Source of the DNA: an uncultured Elusimicrobia bacterium | GTDB lineage: Bacteria > Elusimicrobiota > Elusimicrobia > UBA1565 > UBA9628 | Assembly (NCBI GenBank): GCA_964358485.1 | Contig: CAYHPY010000001.1 | Location: forward strand, 81,382 to 145,381 | DNA: 64,000 nucleotides | Direction of reading: 5' to 3' | Shown: in pieces, positions 55,529 through 64,000 of the stretch | Position numbering within the stretch: the stretch's first letter is position 1 | Layout of the letters: every line of letters begins with the position of its first letter | The notes under the pieces: model-generated | Told to the model about the DNA's origin: nothing | Database searches by the model: none | The model's input: only the letters and a program-made list of their open reading frames with translations | Position numbers and translations under genes: made by a program

Positions 55529-56865
55529 TGGAACCGGAACTGGGTTGCGTGCGCCGCACCTTGCGCTTCTATGGGACCCTCTTTGCCGGGTCGGGGGTGG
55601 CCTTCCTCCTGGCCGGGGGCTGGGTCCTGTGGGGGATGAACTTGATCGGGGCCCGCCTTCCCGGGGGCGCCGAGGTCCCGCTGGGGCCGGTAACGCTTTG
55701 GTTGGGATTGACCGGCTCGCTCATGGCGGTTCTGGTGGCCGCGACATTTTTCCTGGCGCGCGACCCGCGCCAGGAAAACATCTGGTTTCTGGTCATTCTT
55801 TCTAAGTTCGTTTCGGCGGGATTGTTCGCGGCGTTCGCTTTTGCCACGGGCAACTCCGGGTTTTTGCTGGCGGCGGCGACCGACGGCCTCATCGGCCTTC
55901 ATTACATTTACTTGCGGGGGATCGTCCGGTTGTACCGGCACGGGACCTTCGAGCCGTACTTTCCCGCCGCGAGCGGTCCTTTCTACGAGGTGTGGTTTGC
56001 CAAGGCCAACGATCCCAAGACCCGGAGCGCGGTCTGGGTGCGCTATGTTTTCGAGCGGGGCGTCGAAGGCGCGCGCGCTTCGTGCTGGTGGATCCTCTTT
56101 GACGCCCCCTCCGGCAAGGTGGCCCACGGGAAATGGGAATGGGACGCCTCCGAGCTCTTGAGCGGCCCGAAGAGTCCGTTCCGCCTCAATGTCTCGCGGG
56201 TGGAGCCGGGGCGGCTGTTGGGGGCGGGGGAGGGCGCTTTCTGGGATTTCGCCTGGACGAACGCCGGCGCGCCGGCGTTCTCCTTCGTCCCCCCGGTCCT
56301 GGCGGGGATTTTGCCGTCGGGGTATGCCGTTCCGTTGAGCCTCGGGCGTTTCACGGGCAGCGCGACCATCGACGGCACGACGCTGGAGCTCAAAGACGCC
56401 CCGGGTTCTATCGGCCACCTGTGGGGCCCGCGCATGGCCCAGTCCTGGCGCTGGGCCCACGCGGTCTTGGACGGAAAAAACGGCCCTTCGGTTCTGGAGA
56501 TCTTGACGGCGCGGGTCATGCTCGGGCCGTGCCGCTCCCCGGAAATGACCACGGCTCATTTCTGGCACGAGGGGCGGCATTATCAGAGCGTCGGCCTGCT
56601 CGCGGCCCTGACCACGGCCTCCCGGCGGGAAGGGGAGACTTGGACTTTCCGGATCGATTTCGGGGAGCTGTCGGTCGAGGGGGAGTGCTCCCCCGCCGCT
56701 GGCTTAAGCGTTGCGTTGCCGTACCAAAGTCCCGACGGCCGCGCCTTGACCTGCCAGAATTCCAAAACCGGAGCCATGCGCCTGACCCTCCGCCGTCCCG
56801 GGCGGGAGGCGGAAATCCTGTCGACGGCCGATCAGGCCGCCGTCGAATTCGCCGGGCCCGCATGA
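55528..56865 (+). CDS. membrane protein with C-terminal soluble domain (tentatively CrtC/AttH lipocalin-like)
   Basis: About 4 N-terminal TM helices, then a 300-aa Trp-rich soluble domain (WEWDASELL, FWDFAWTNAG, GHLWGPRMAQSWRW). The family assignment is weak. Confidence 0.35.
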   Translation: MEPELGCVRRTLRFYGTLFAGSGVAFLLAGGWVLWGMNLIGARLPGGAEVPLGPVTLWLGLTGSLMAVLVAATFFLARDPRQENIWFLVILSKFVSAGLFAAFAFATGNSGFLLAAATDGLIGLHYIYLRGIVRLYRHGTFEPYFPAASGPFYEVWFAKANDPKTRSAVWVRYVFERGVEGARASCWWILFDAPSGKVAHGKWEWDASELLSGPKSPFRLNVSRVEPGRLLGAGEGAFWDFAWTNAGAPAFSFVPPVLAGILPSGYAVPLSLGRFTGSATIDGTTLELKDAPGSIGHLWGPRMAQSWRWAHAVLDGKNGPSVLEILTARVMLGPCRSPEMTTAHFWHEGRHYQSVGLLAALTTASRREGETWTFRIDFGELSVEGECSPAAGLSVALPYQSPDGRALTCQNSKTGAMRLTLRRPGREAEILSTADQAAVEFAGPA

Positions 56866-57242
56866 ACGCGGCCGCCCTTATTTTCCCCCTGCTGGCGGCG
56901 TACGCCGCGCACGCCCAAAGCCCGGTTTCGCAAGAAGAGCTCAAGCGCCAACTCGAGCGCCGTCTCTCGTTTTTTCCGTTTTGGATGCGGCTTTACTTCG
57001 CGGCGAGCGCCGTTTATGTCGGTTGGCTCGGCCCGACTTTGGTCCTGGGCCGCTGGCGGCGCTTTTCCGCGCTGGATGAAGTCGAGGCCGAGGACTGCCT
57101 GGGCCGCCTTCAGCGCGACGGGCGGCTCTTCATCCGCGGGCCTTTCCTGGGGATCAAGAGCCTGCTGTTGGCGTGCTGTTACGGCTCTCCCGAGTTTTTG
57201 AAAACCATCGGCTATCGGGCGGGGGCCAAGTCCCATGCTTGA
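56862..57242 (+). CDS. small hypothetical protein upstream of GMC oxidoreductases (possible small subunit)
   Basis: 127 aa with an N-terminal hydrophobic segment. Overlaps the neighbouring genes by 4-8 bp, suggesting an operon. Confidence 0.4.
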   Translation: MNAAALIFPLLAAYAAHAQSPVSQEELKRQLERRLSFFPFWMRLYFAASAVYVGWLGPTLVLGRWRRFSALDEVEAEDCLGRLQRDGRLFIRGPFLGIKSLLLACCYGSPEFLKTIGYRAGAKSHA

Positions 57243-58668
57243 GGATTTCGATTTTGCGGTGGCGGGCGGCGGAGCGGCGGGCTGCGCCTTGGCCGAGCGG
57301 CTCTCTTCGGAAGGCGCGCGGGTGCTGCTCATCGAGAAAGGCGGCCGGGCCAAGCCCGGGGCCGACGCCTTCGAGGCGGTGTATCGTTACTACACCCGCG
57401 CCGGGCTCTCCGCTTCTCTAGGCAACTGCCTTCTGCCCATTCCAACCGGGACGGCGCTCGGCGGGACCACCACCATCAACTCGGCCACCTGCCTGATGAC
57501 TCCCAAGGAAACCTTGGAGCGCTGGGAGCGGGGGGCGGCGGGCGGCTTTTCGGCGGGGGAATTTCAGGGTCATCTGGACGAGGCCTGGCGGCGCCTGATG
57601 GTCAAGACCGCTCCGGCCGAAACGATGAGCGCTTCCAGCGGATTGTTTCTCAAGGGGCTGAGCGCGCTGGGCTTGGAGGGCGGCCACCGCCTGGACCGCG
57701 CCGAGGACCGGTGCGTCGGCTCGGGGCTTTGCTGTTTCGTCTGCCCCGAGGACGCCAAGATGAGCGCGGAGAAGGCGTTTTTGCGGCGGCCCGCGGCGGG
57801 GCTTGAGATCGCCGTGGACACCGGACTGGAGTCGATTTCCGAGGAGCCCTCGGCCGTCCGGCTCCTTCTGCGCGGCCCCGGCGGAACTCGCCGGATCGTT
57901 CGATGCGGGCGGCTGGTCCTGGCCTGCGGGAGCCTGGCCACGCCCTATTTCGTCCGCCGGTTCAAGCTGGGCGCCCGTTGGGCGGCGGCGGGCAACGAGC
58001 TTTCCCTGCATCCGGCCAGCAAGGTCTTCGCCCTCTTCGACGAATCGGTGAAAAGCTGGACCGGCGTGCCCCAAGGCGCGGGCTGGGTGGACCCGCGGGA
58101 GCCGCTCATCCGCTACGAGGGCGTCTACACCCCGCCGGAGATGGCGGCGGTGACCATGCCCTTGGAGGGACGCGCGCTGGCGTGGTGGTTGTCCCGCTAC
58201 GACAAGGTGGCGACCTTCGGCTTTATGATCCGCGACCGCAGCCGGGGCAGCGTCCGCTATCCCGGAGGGCCGGACCTTCCCCTGATCCGCTACGACATGG
58301 GCCCCGAGGACGCCGCCCTCATGGTCCGGGCCATGAAGTTCGTGGGCCGGGCGTTTTTCGCGGCCGGGGCCAAGCGGGTGGTCATCCCCATCAACCGCGA
58401 AGGAAACGATTTCACGGACGCCGCGGCCCTGGAGCGCGAGGAGTTTCCCGGCGCCCGGCCCCGGGAATTTCAGATGATGGCCTTCCACCCATTGGGGACT
58501 TGCGGGGCGGGACGCGCGGTGGGCTGGGACCTGGCTTTGACGGACCGGATTTTCGTCTGCGACGGCTCGGTGGTGCCGGAAAGCCTGGGGGTCAATCCCC
58601 AGATCACGATCTACGCCTTCGCGCTGAGGCTGGCCGAGCGGCTTCTGGGAAGGGTCCATGCGGGTTGA
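57235..58668 (+). CDS. GMC family FAD-dependent oxidoreductase
   Basis: N-terminal FAD-binding motif DFDFAVAGGGAAGCALAERL. The C-terminal GMC region is present (HPLGTCGAG, CDGSVVPESLGVNPQITIYA). Confidence 0.7.
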   Translation: MLEDFDFAVAGGGAAGCALAERLSSEGARVLLIEKGGRAKPGADAFEAVYRYYTRAGLSASLGNCLLPIPTGTALGGTTTINSATCLMTPKETLERWERGAAGGFSAGEFQGHLDEAWRRLMVKTAPAETMSASSGLFLKGLSALGLEGGHRLDRAEDRCVGSGLCCFVCPEDAKMSAEKAFLRRPAAGLEIAVDTGLESISEEPSAVRLLLRGPGGTRRIVRCGRLVLACGSLATPYFVRRFKLGARWAAAGNELSLHPASKVFALFDESVKSWTGVPQGAGWVDPREPLIRYEGVYTPPEMAAVTMPLEGRALAWWLSRYDKVATFGFMIRDRSRGSVRYPGGPDLPLIRYDMGPEDAALMVRAMKFVGRAFFAAGAKRVVIPINREGNDFTDAAALEREEFPGARPREFQMMAFHPLGTCGAGRAVGWDLALTDRIFVCDGSVVPESLGVNPQITIYAFALRLAERLLGRVHAG

Positions 58669-60190
58669 GGATTTCTCGGACCTCCCGGAGGAGGGACACT
58701 TCGATTTCGTGGTGGTGGGCTCGGGCTTCGGGGGCTCCGTGGCGGCTTTGCGCCTGGCGGAAAAGGGTTACTCCGTGGCGGTCCTGGAGGCCGGGCGGCA
58801 TTTCCGGGACCGGGATTTTGCCGGGTCCAACTGGAACCTGGCCAAGACCTTCTGGCTCCCGGAATTCTTCCTGCGCGGAATCATGCGCCTGACCTTGCTC
58901 AAGGACGTCCTGATCCTCTCCGGGGCGGGCGTGGGCGGGGGCTCCTTGGTCTACGCCAACACCTTGCTGGAACCCGGGGACCGGTTTTACGATTCGGAGC
59001 AGGTCAAACGCCTGGCGCCCAATCTCCGTGAACTGCTCCGCCCTCATTACGCGATGGCCAAGCGCATGCTGGGCGTGGCCGTCAACCCCCGCCTTTTTCC
59101 CGCCGACGAGACTTTGCGCGAAATCGCGGAGGAAACCGGACGGGGGGACACCTTTGAGCCCACCAAGGTCGGGGTGTTTTTTGGCGAGCCCGGCAAGACC
59201 GTGCCCGATCCTTACTTCGAGGGCGCGGGCCCGGAGCGGGCGGGCTGTCTTTTCTGCGGGGCCTGCATGGTGGGCTGTCGGCACAACGCCAAGAACACCT
59301 TGGCCAAGAACTACCTGTACCTGGCCTCCGGCAAGGGCGCCCGGATTTTTTCGCTATCCCAGGTGTCTCGGATCGAGGAAGGCCCCAAGGGTTTCGAGCT
59401 GAGCGTGCGCCGCCCCGGCTGGGGCGGGGGCCGGCGCAAACTGCGGTGCGCCAAGCTCGTGGTGAGCGCGGGCGTGCTGGGCACCATCCGCCTGCTCCTG
59501 TCCCCGGAAAACCGCCTTTCCGCCCTGCCCGCGCGCCTGGGCCGGGACGTGCGGACCAACTCCGAGGTGATCATGGGCGCGACGGATTTGGCCGGCAAAA
59601 AAGATTACTCCCAAGGCCTGGCCATCAGCGCCGGCTTTTGGGCGGACGAGGACACGCACATCGAGGCCGTGCGCTATCCGGAAGGTTCCGACGCGATGAG
59701 CCTGCTCTCCATCCCCTGGAAAAAAGGCCTCGGGCTCTTCAAGCGCCTTCGCCTGGCCTGGCCCCTGGGCTGGGCCAAGAACAGCACCATTCTCCTGGTG
59801 ATGCAGGCCCTGGACACCCGGCTGCGCTTGGTTTTGAAAGGCGGCCGCCTTCACAGCGAACCCGAGCCGGGATCCGCGCCCCTGCCCCTTTCGATCCCCG
59901 CCGCCGACCGCACCCTGGAGCGCTATTGCGAAAAGACCGGCAGCTCAGGCCTGGCCTCGGCCGCGGGCGAGCTCCTGGGCGTTTCCACCACCGCCCACAT
60001 CCTGGGCGGGGCGGTGATGGCGCGCGGGCCGGAGGACGGGGTCACCGGCCTGGACGGCAAAGTCTTCGGCTACGACAACCTGTGGATCCTGGACGGCTCC
60101 GTGGTCCCGGCCAACCTCGGGGTCAACCCGTCTCTCACCATCACGGCCTTAAGCGAGCACGCCATGAGCCAGGTCCCACCCAAGCCATGA
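58658..60190 (+). CDS. GMC family oxidoreductase (cholesterol-oxidase-like subgroup)
   Basis: FDFVVVGSGFGGSVAALRLAEKG, the FCGACMVGCRHNAKNTL segment typical of the cholesterol oxidase/GMC group, and a C-terminal LDGSVVPANLGVNPSLTITAL. Confidence 0.75.
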   Translation: MRVEDFSDLPEEGHFDFVVVGSGFGGSVAALRLAEKGYSVAVLEAGRHFRDRDFAGSNWNLAKTFWLPEFFLRGIMRLTLLKDVLILSGAGVGGGSLVYANTLLEPGDRFYDSEQVKRLAPNLRELLRPHYAMAKRMLGVAVNPRLFPADETLREIAEETGRGDTFEPTKVGVFFGEPGKTVPDPYFEGAGPERAGCLFCGACMVGCRHNAKNTLAKNYLYLASGKGARIFSLSQVSRIEEGPKGFELSVRRPGWGGGRRKLRCAKLVVSAGVLGTIRLLLSPENRLSALPARLGRDVRTNSEVIMGATDLAGKKDYSQGLAISAGFWADEDTHIEAVRYPEGSDAMSLLSIPWKKGLGLFKRLRLAWPLGWAKNSTILLVMQALDTRLRLVLKGGRLHSEPEPGSAPLPLSIPAADRTLERYCEKTGSSGLASAAGELLGVSTTAHILGGAVMARGPEDGVTGLDGKVFGYDNLWILDGSVVPANLGVNPSLTITALSEHAMSQVPPKP

Positions 60191-60840
60191 CGCGGCGCGC
60201 GCCCTGGATCGTCACGGTCGAATACGCCCTGGGGCTCTCGGCCCTGGCCGCGGCCTTGGGGATCAACTACTGGGCCGGCCGCCTGGCCGACACTTTCGGG
60301 GAAGGCGCGCCGATTTTGCAGGACCTGTTTTTGTCCACCCTTCCGGTGGTGGACACCCAGGTGATCTTCGTCTACGGCTACGGATTTTTTTTAGCGTGGC
60401 TGTTCACCGCGGTCCTGCTGTGGGAGCGGCGGCGGGCGCCCTATATCGCCTGGTCCTTCGCGCTACTCATCGTGGTCCGGTCCTTCTTTATTCTGCTGAC
60501 GCCTCTGCACCATCCCCTGGCGGAGCTGCCGGTGGCGGGGGACCCGCTTTATGAGGCCATCGGCCGCTACCTCACCTTCAAGCATGACCTGTTTTTTTCC
60601 TCGCATACTTCAACGCCGTTTTTGGCCGCGCTGATTTTGCGGGGGCGTTGGGTGCGCCGCTCGTTTTTGGCGATTTCCCTGATCATGGCGGCGACCGTGC
60701 TGTTGGGGCGCTATCATTATTCGATCGACGTGTTCGGGGCTTTTTTCATCACCTACGCCCTGCACAAGGGCGAGGTGCGGTGGTTTCAGCCCGCGTATGG
60801 CCGGCTTAAGGCCCGGCTGACGGCCGTTTCGTCCTCTTAG
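60187..60840 (+). CDS. PAP2-superfamily (sphingomyelin-synthase-like) membrane protein
   Basis: 6 TM helices with PAP2 C-motifs (SSHTS, GRYHYSIDV). Confidence 0.55.
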   Translation: MTRRAPWIVTVEYALGLSALAAALGINYWAGRLADTFGEGAPILQDLFLSTLPVVDTQVIFVYGYGFFLAWLFTAVLLWERRRAPYIAWSFALLIVVRSFFILLTPLHHPLAELPVAGDPLYEAIGRYLTFKHDLFFSSHTSTPFLAALILRGRWVRRSFLAISLIMAATVLLGRYHYSIDVFGAFFITYALHKGEVRWFQPAYGRLKARLTAVSSS

Positions 60841-61067
60841 GGCAGGCAGGCAAAAAACCGCGCCGCGGAGCAGACCAGGACTTCGTCCCGGAGGGTCAAG
60901 AGCTCCGCGGGAGCGTCGCGAACCACCTGGAGGGCCGCCTCCGGCTAGGCGTTCCTTGAAGTCGCGCATGGCTTTTATGGTTTACATGAAACTATAAAAA
61001 AGTCATGACCTATTTATATGTATATATAAAAAAGTCATACCCATTCCGCCTAAAAAAAGGGGCCCGC

Positions 61068-61112
61068 CCGGGGCTCCTGGGACCCCGGGCGGACCTTTCT
61101 CGGCACGACTAA
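61068..61112 (-). terminator. rho-independent terminator for the minus-strand cytochrome gene
   Basis: aaaaaaa ggggcccgcccgggg ctcctggga ccccgggcggac: a GC-rich hairpin followed on the minus-strand transcript by a U7 run, 16 bp after the stop at 61128. Confidence 0.5.
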
Positions 61113-61127
61113 GTTTTCAGCGCTTCG

Positions 61128-61565
61128 TTATTTCTTGTGGCACTTCATGCAGCCGCCCTTGGAGGCGAAGGCCTTCTTGCCGTCATGGCAGGAACCGCAG
61201 TTCTTGCCGGCGTACATGTCGGACATCTTCAGCCCGACATCGGACTTCTTCTGCTGGAACAAGGCGGGCTCGCCCTCATGGCAGGTCTTGCAGTCCGCTT
61301 TCGCTTGGTGCTTGCGGTGGGGGAATTTGACCGGGGCCATTTTGGCGGTCTTGTCGAAGAGGATCGTCTCCGGGCCGTTCTTGGCGTCGGCGGCCGGGGC
61401 GGCTTCGGCCGCGGGGGCCGCTTCCGGGGCCTTGGCTTCGGCGGCGGGCGCCTTGGCCTTTTCTTCCTTGGCCTTGGCTTTGCCTTCGCCGGCGCAAGCG
61501 GAGCCGGACAGAAAGGCCGTCATCAACAACGCGCTCAGAACTGCGGTGAAACGGGGCATGGTCAA
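61128..61565 (-). CDS. triheme c-type cytochrome lipoprotein (c3/c7-like)
   Basis: Signal plus lipobox (LLMTAFLSGSACAG), an Ala/Lys/Glu-rich linker, then three CxxCH motifs (CKTCH, CGSCH, CMKCH). Confidence 0.7.
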   Translation of the reverse strand: MTMPRFTAVLSALLMTAFLSGSACAGEGKAKAKEEKAKAPAAEAKAPEAAPAAEAAPAADAKNGPETILFDKTAKMAPVKFPHRKHQAKADCKTCHEGEPALFQQKKSDVGLKMSDMYAGKNCGSCHDGKKAFASKGGCMKCHKK

Positions 61566-61665
61566 TCCTCCTTGTCGAGGGCCGGTCGGGACCCTCCTGC
61601 CGGAAACTATGCAACATTTTCGCCTAATTTAAAAAGGCCAGACTGTTGCAATCTGATAGGGCGCT

Positions 61666-63459
61666 ATGAATTTCTTCGCGGTCGGCGGGGTGTTATTCGC
61701 CTTCGCGGCTTCCGCCGCCTTCGGAGCGGTTCCCCCGGGATTGGAGAAATCCGTGCACGCGGGGCTGGATTGCGCGTCCTGCCACTCCGGGCCCGAGACG
61801 GGAGGCATGGCCAAGGCGGACTGCTCGACCTGCCATGACGGCCCGGCCAAGGCCTTGGGGGCCACCCGGCACGGACAGGCCTTGGCCCGGAGCAAAGGGG
61901 CGGGCGCTGGGGCCTGCTTGGCTTGCCACGGGTCCGGCCATCAAATAAAAAAAGCGGCGGCCGAGGGTTCCCCCACAGGCCGGGCCAATCAGCCCGCGAC
62001 CTGCGGCGCCTGCCACGGCAATGGAGGCAAGGGCGCCCACATGCCCGACGGGCACGCGGCCCTGGAGTCCTACCGTCTGAGCGTTCACGGCCAAGCCCTG
62101 GCGGCCGGAAACGCCAAGGCGGCGGCCTGTTCCGATTGCCACGGGGGCCACGACATTCGGAGCCCGGGCAAGGCCGGTTCCAAAGTGGGGCGCGCGAACT
62201 TGGCCGCGACTTGCGGGGCTTGTCACGCCAAGGAAGCGGAGGGTTACCGGGGCGGCGTCCACGGCCGGGCCTTGGCCCGAGGCGTCCGGGAGTCGCCCTC
62301 CTGCACCGACTGCCACGGGGAGCACACGATCCGCTCCCCGAAGGAATCCGGCTCCAGCGTCTGGCGCGGGTCGGTGACCAAGACCTGCTCGGGCTGTCAT
62401 GGCTCCGAGCGCATCGCCGCCAAATTCGGGGTCCCCACCGACCGGCTCAAGACCTTCATGGATTCCTACCACGGCCTGGCGGCCGGGGGCGGGAACTTGA
62501 GCGTGGCCAACTGCGCCTCCTGCCACGGCTGGCACGACATTCTGCCCTCCGACGATCCCCGCTCCACCGTCCATGGCGGCAACCTGGCCGGGACCTGCGG
62601 GCAATGCCATCCGGGCGCCGCGATGAAGCTTTCCGGGGGCAAGGTTCACGCCTCCTTGGCGGGGTTCGGCGAGGGAAGCCGCATCGCAGCCATACTCAAG
62701 AAAATTTACCTGATTCTGATTCCCCTGGTGATTCTGGGCCTGCTGTTTCATAATTTCGCGGATCTCCTTCGCAAGGCCTTGGCGTCGGCCCCCTTGCCGC
62801 CCTTGAAAGACGAGACCGGGGATATCCTGTTGACCCGGGGAGAGCGGCTCCAGCATGGAGCGTTGGTCGCGTCCTTCGTTCTTCTGGCCATCAGCGGCTT
62901 CGCCCTCAAGTATTCCGGCTCCTGGCTGGCGGCGGCTTTCTCCTTGCTGGGGGGAGAAGGGGGCCGTCTGTACGCTCATCGGGCGGCGGCCGCGGCCTTC
63001 GTCGCCTTGGCCGTCGTGCATCTGGGCTATTTGGCCTTCTCGGCCCCGGGCCGCCGGCGCCTGCGGGCGATTTTCCCGGCGCGCCGCGACCTTCCCGACG
63101 CGGCCGCGCTTCTGCTCTTCAACCTGGGGCTCTCCGGAGACCGCCCCAAGCTCCCGCGCTGGTGCTACATCGAAAAATCGGAGTACTGGGCCCTGATGTG
63201 GGGCTCGGCCGTCATGATCGCGACGGGGGCGGTTCTCATTTTCCACAATTTCGTGATGGCGAAATTTCCGTTGTGGGTGATCGAGGCGTCGCGGGTCGTG
63301 CATTTCATGGAGGCGGTGCTGGCCTGCCTGTCGATCATCGTGTGGCACGGCTACTGGGTGAGCTTCGACCCCGAGGTCTATCCCATGAGCTGGGCGTGGT
63401 TGACGGGGCGCCATCGTTTGGGAGGGGCGCACCGCAAAGGAGAGCCGGGCCATGATTGA
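61666..63459 (+). CDS. CbcL-like fusion: decaheme c-type cytochrome domain plus C-terminal dihaem b-type cytochrome (HydC/FdnI-like) membrane domain
   Basis: Signal peptide and ten CxxCH motifs (CASCH, CSTCH, CLACH, CGACH, CSDCH, CGACH, CTDCH, CSGCH, CASCH, CGQCH). Then 4 TM helices, each with a conserved His (LQHGALVASF, VVHLGYLAF, LIFHNF, IVWHGYW). Confidence 0.75.
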   Translation: MNFFAVGGVLFAFAASAAFGAVPPGLEKSVHAGLDCASCHSGPETGGMAKADCSTCHDGPAKALGATRHGQALARSKGAGAGACLACHGSGHQIKKAAAEGSPTGRANQPATCGACHGNGGKGAHMPDGHAALESYRLSVHGQALAAGNAKAAACSDCHGGHDIRSPGKAGSKVGRANLAATCGACHAKEAEGYRGGVHGRALARGVRESPSCTDCHGEHTIRSPKESGSSVWRGSVTKTCSGCHGSERIAAKFGVPTDRLKTFMDSYHGLAAGGGNLSVANCASCHGWHDILPSDDPRSTVHGGNLAGTCGQCHPGAAMKLSGGKVHASLAGFGEGSRIAAILKKIYLILIPLVILGLLFHNFADLLRKALASAPLPPLKDETGDILLTRGERLQHGALVASFVLLAISGFALKYSGSWLAAAFSLLGGEGGRLYAHRAAAAAFVALAVVHLGYLAFSAPGRRRLRAIFPARRDLPDAAALLLFNLGLSGDRPKLPRWCYIEKSEYWALMWGSAVMIATGAVLIFHNFVMAKFPLWVIEASRVVHFMEAVLACLSIIVWHGYWVSFDPEVYPMSWAWLTGRHRLGGAHRKGEPGHD

Positions 63460-64000
63460 TTGGAAAAAGTGGCTGTCCTGGAAGACGCTCTTCAGCGTGC
63501 CCAGCATCATCGTTCTTTCCTTGGCGGGGCTGGGCGGGGTCGTGCACTACTCGGAAACCCCGTCTTTCTGCCGCTCCTGCCACATCATGGAGCCGTATTA
63601 CAAAGCCTGGAACGACTCCAAGCACAAGAACGTCAAATGCGTGGAGTGTCACTATCCGCCCGCCCAGCCCAAGACTTTGCTTTGGAAGAAGTTCCAGGCG
63701 TTCTCGCAGGTGGCCAAGTACGTCACCCGGACCTATTCCTCCAAGCCCTTCGCCGAGGTTGACGATTCCTCCTGCCTGCGCTCGGGCTGTCATTCCACCC
63801 GGTTGTTGGAAGGCAAGATCCGGACCAAGGGCGGGATCAACTTCGACCATCGTCCCCACTTGACCGAGGTCCGCCGCGGGCGCAAGCTGCGCTGCACCTC
63901 CTGCCACGGTCAGGTCATGGTCGGCAATCATATCGAAGTGACCTACGACACCTGCTACCTCTGCCATTTCAAGGGCCGCGGGGAAGGGCGGGAGCTCAAG
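63452..64000 (+). CDS. NapC/NirT family tetraheme membrane-anchored quinol dehydrogenase (partial, runs off window end)
   Basis: ATG at 63452 overlaps the previous stop by 8 nt. N-terminal TM anchor, then CRSCH, CVECH, CTSCH and CYLCH motifs. No stop before the window edge. Confidence 0.7.
   Translation, partial: MIDWKKWLSWKTLFSVPSIIVLSLAGLGGVVHYSETPSFCRSCHIMEPYYKAWNDSKHKNVKCVECHYPPAQPKTLLWKKFQAFSQVAKYVTRTYSSKPFAEVDDSSCLRSGCHSTRLLEGKIRTKGGINFDHRPHLTEVRRGRKLRCTSCHGQVMVGNHIEVTYDTCYLCHFKGRGEGRELK

Noticed and set aside
1-64000. tRNA, rRNA and CRISPR arrays
   Set aside because: No tRNA-like acceptor/T-arm signatures (for example GGTTCGAATCC), no rRNA-like conserved stretches, and no regularly spaced direct repeats were seen. 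The repeats found are the MITE-like element and the duplication junctions.

Overview
A 64-kb high-GC bacterial chromosomal window (diderm: OMP, lipoproteins, PBP1C/alpha-2-macroglobulin). Coding is dense on both strands, and most ORFs in the six-frame track are GC-driven shadow ORFs; I can support about 60 real genes. Housekeeping content, listed by position: proC (partial), a FliG-like protein, two Sel1-repeat proteins, the classic yfhM-pbpC pair (alpha-2-macroglobulin with an intact CLEQ thioester, plus PBP1C), a Phd/RelE toxin-antitoxin pair, an Aas-like acyltransferase/acyl-ACP synthetase fusion, an APC permease, a DnaQ-like exonuclease, and a threonine/lysine biosynthesis block (lysC, thrB, thrC, hom) that is split up by accessory insertions. 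The inserted accessory material holds a DUF4143 AAA ATPase and a remnant of a second one, a trypsin-like protease, an AbiEii-like nucleotidyltransferase with a small overlapping partner, and a HEPN/MNT pair. The most unusual item is a translationally coupled Fic gene followed by a three-domain fusion protein: PD-(D/E)xK-like nuclease, DUF2075 ATPase/helicase, and a C-terminal LexA/S24-like autopeptidase with a LexA-type VAAGE cleavage site. This two-gene module sits directly upstream of hom and is my lead candidate for an undescribed DNA-damage-gated defence or toxin module. The middle of the window (about 40.7-53.4 kb) is an island of secreted proteins bounded by two distant paralogs. It contains three HExxH-motif proteins and two separate microhomology-mediated tandem duplications. 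One duplicated a lipoprotein gene plus a SEC-C gene; the other duplicated a two-gene secreted cassette with near-identical ends and diverged cores. A 65-bp MITE-like element with perfect 21-bp terminal inverted repeats is present in two full copies, and two solo-TIR repeats mark the duplication junctions. The window ends with sthA, a DedA protein, paired GMC oxidoreductases, a PAP2 protein, and a respiratory multiheme cytochrome module (triheme c lipoprotein, a CbcL-like decaheme-c/dihaem-b fusion, and a NapC/NirT homolog). I found no rRNA, tRNA or CRISPR arrays.
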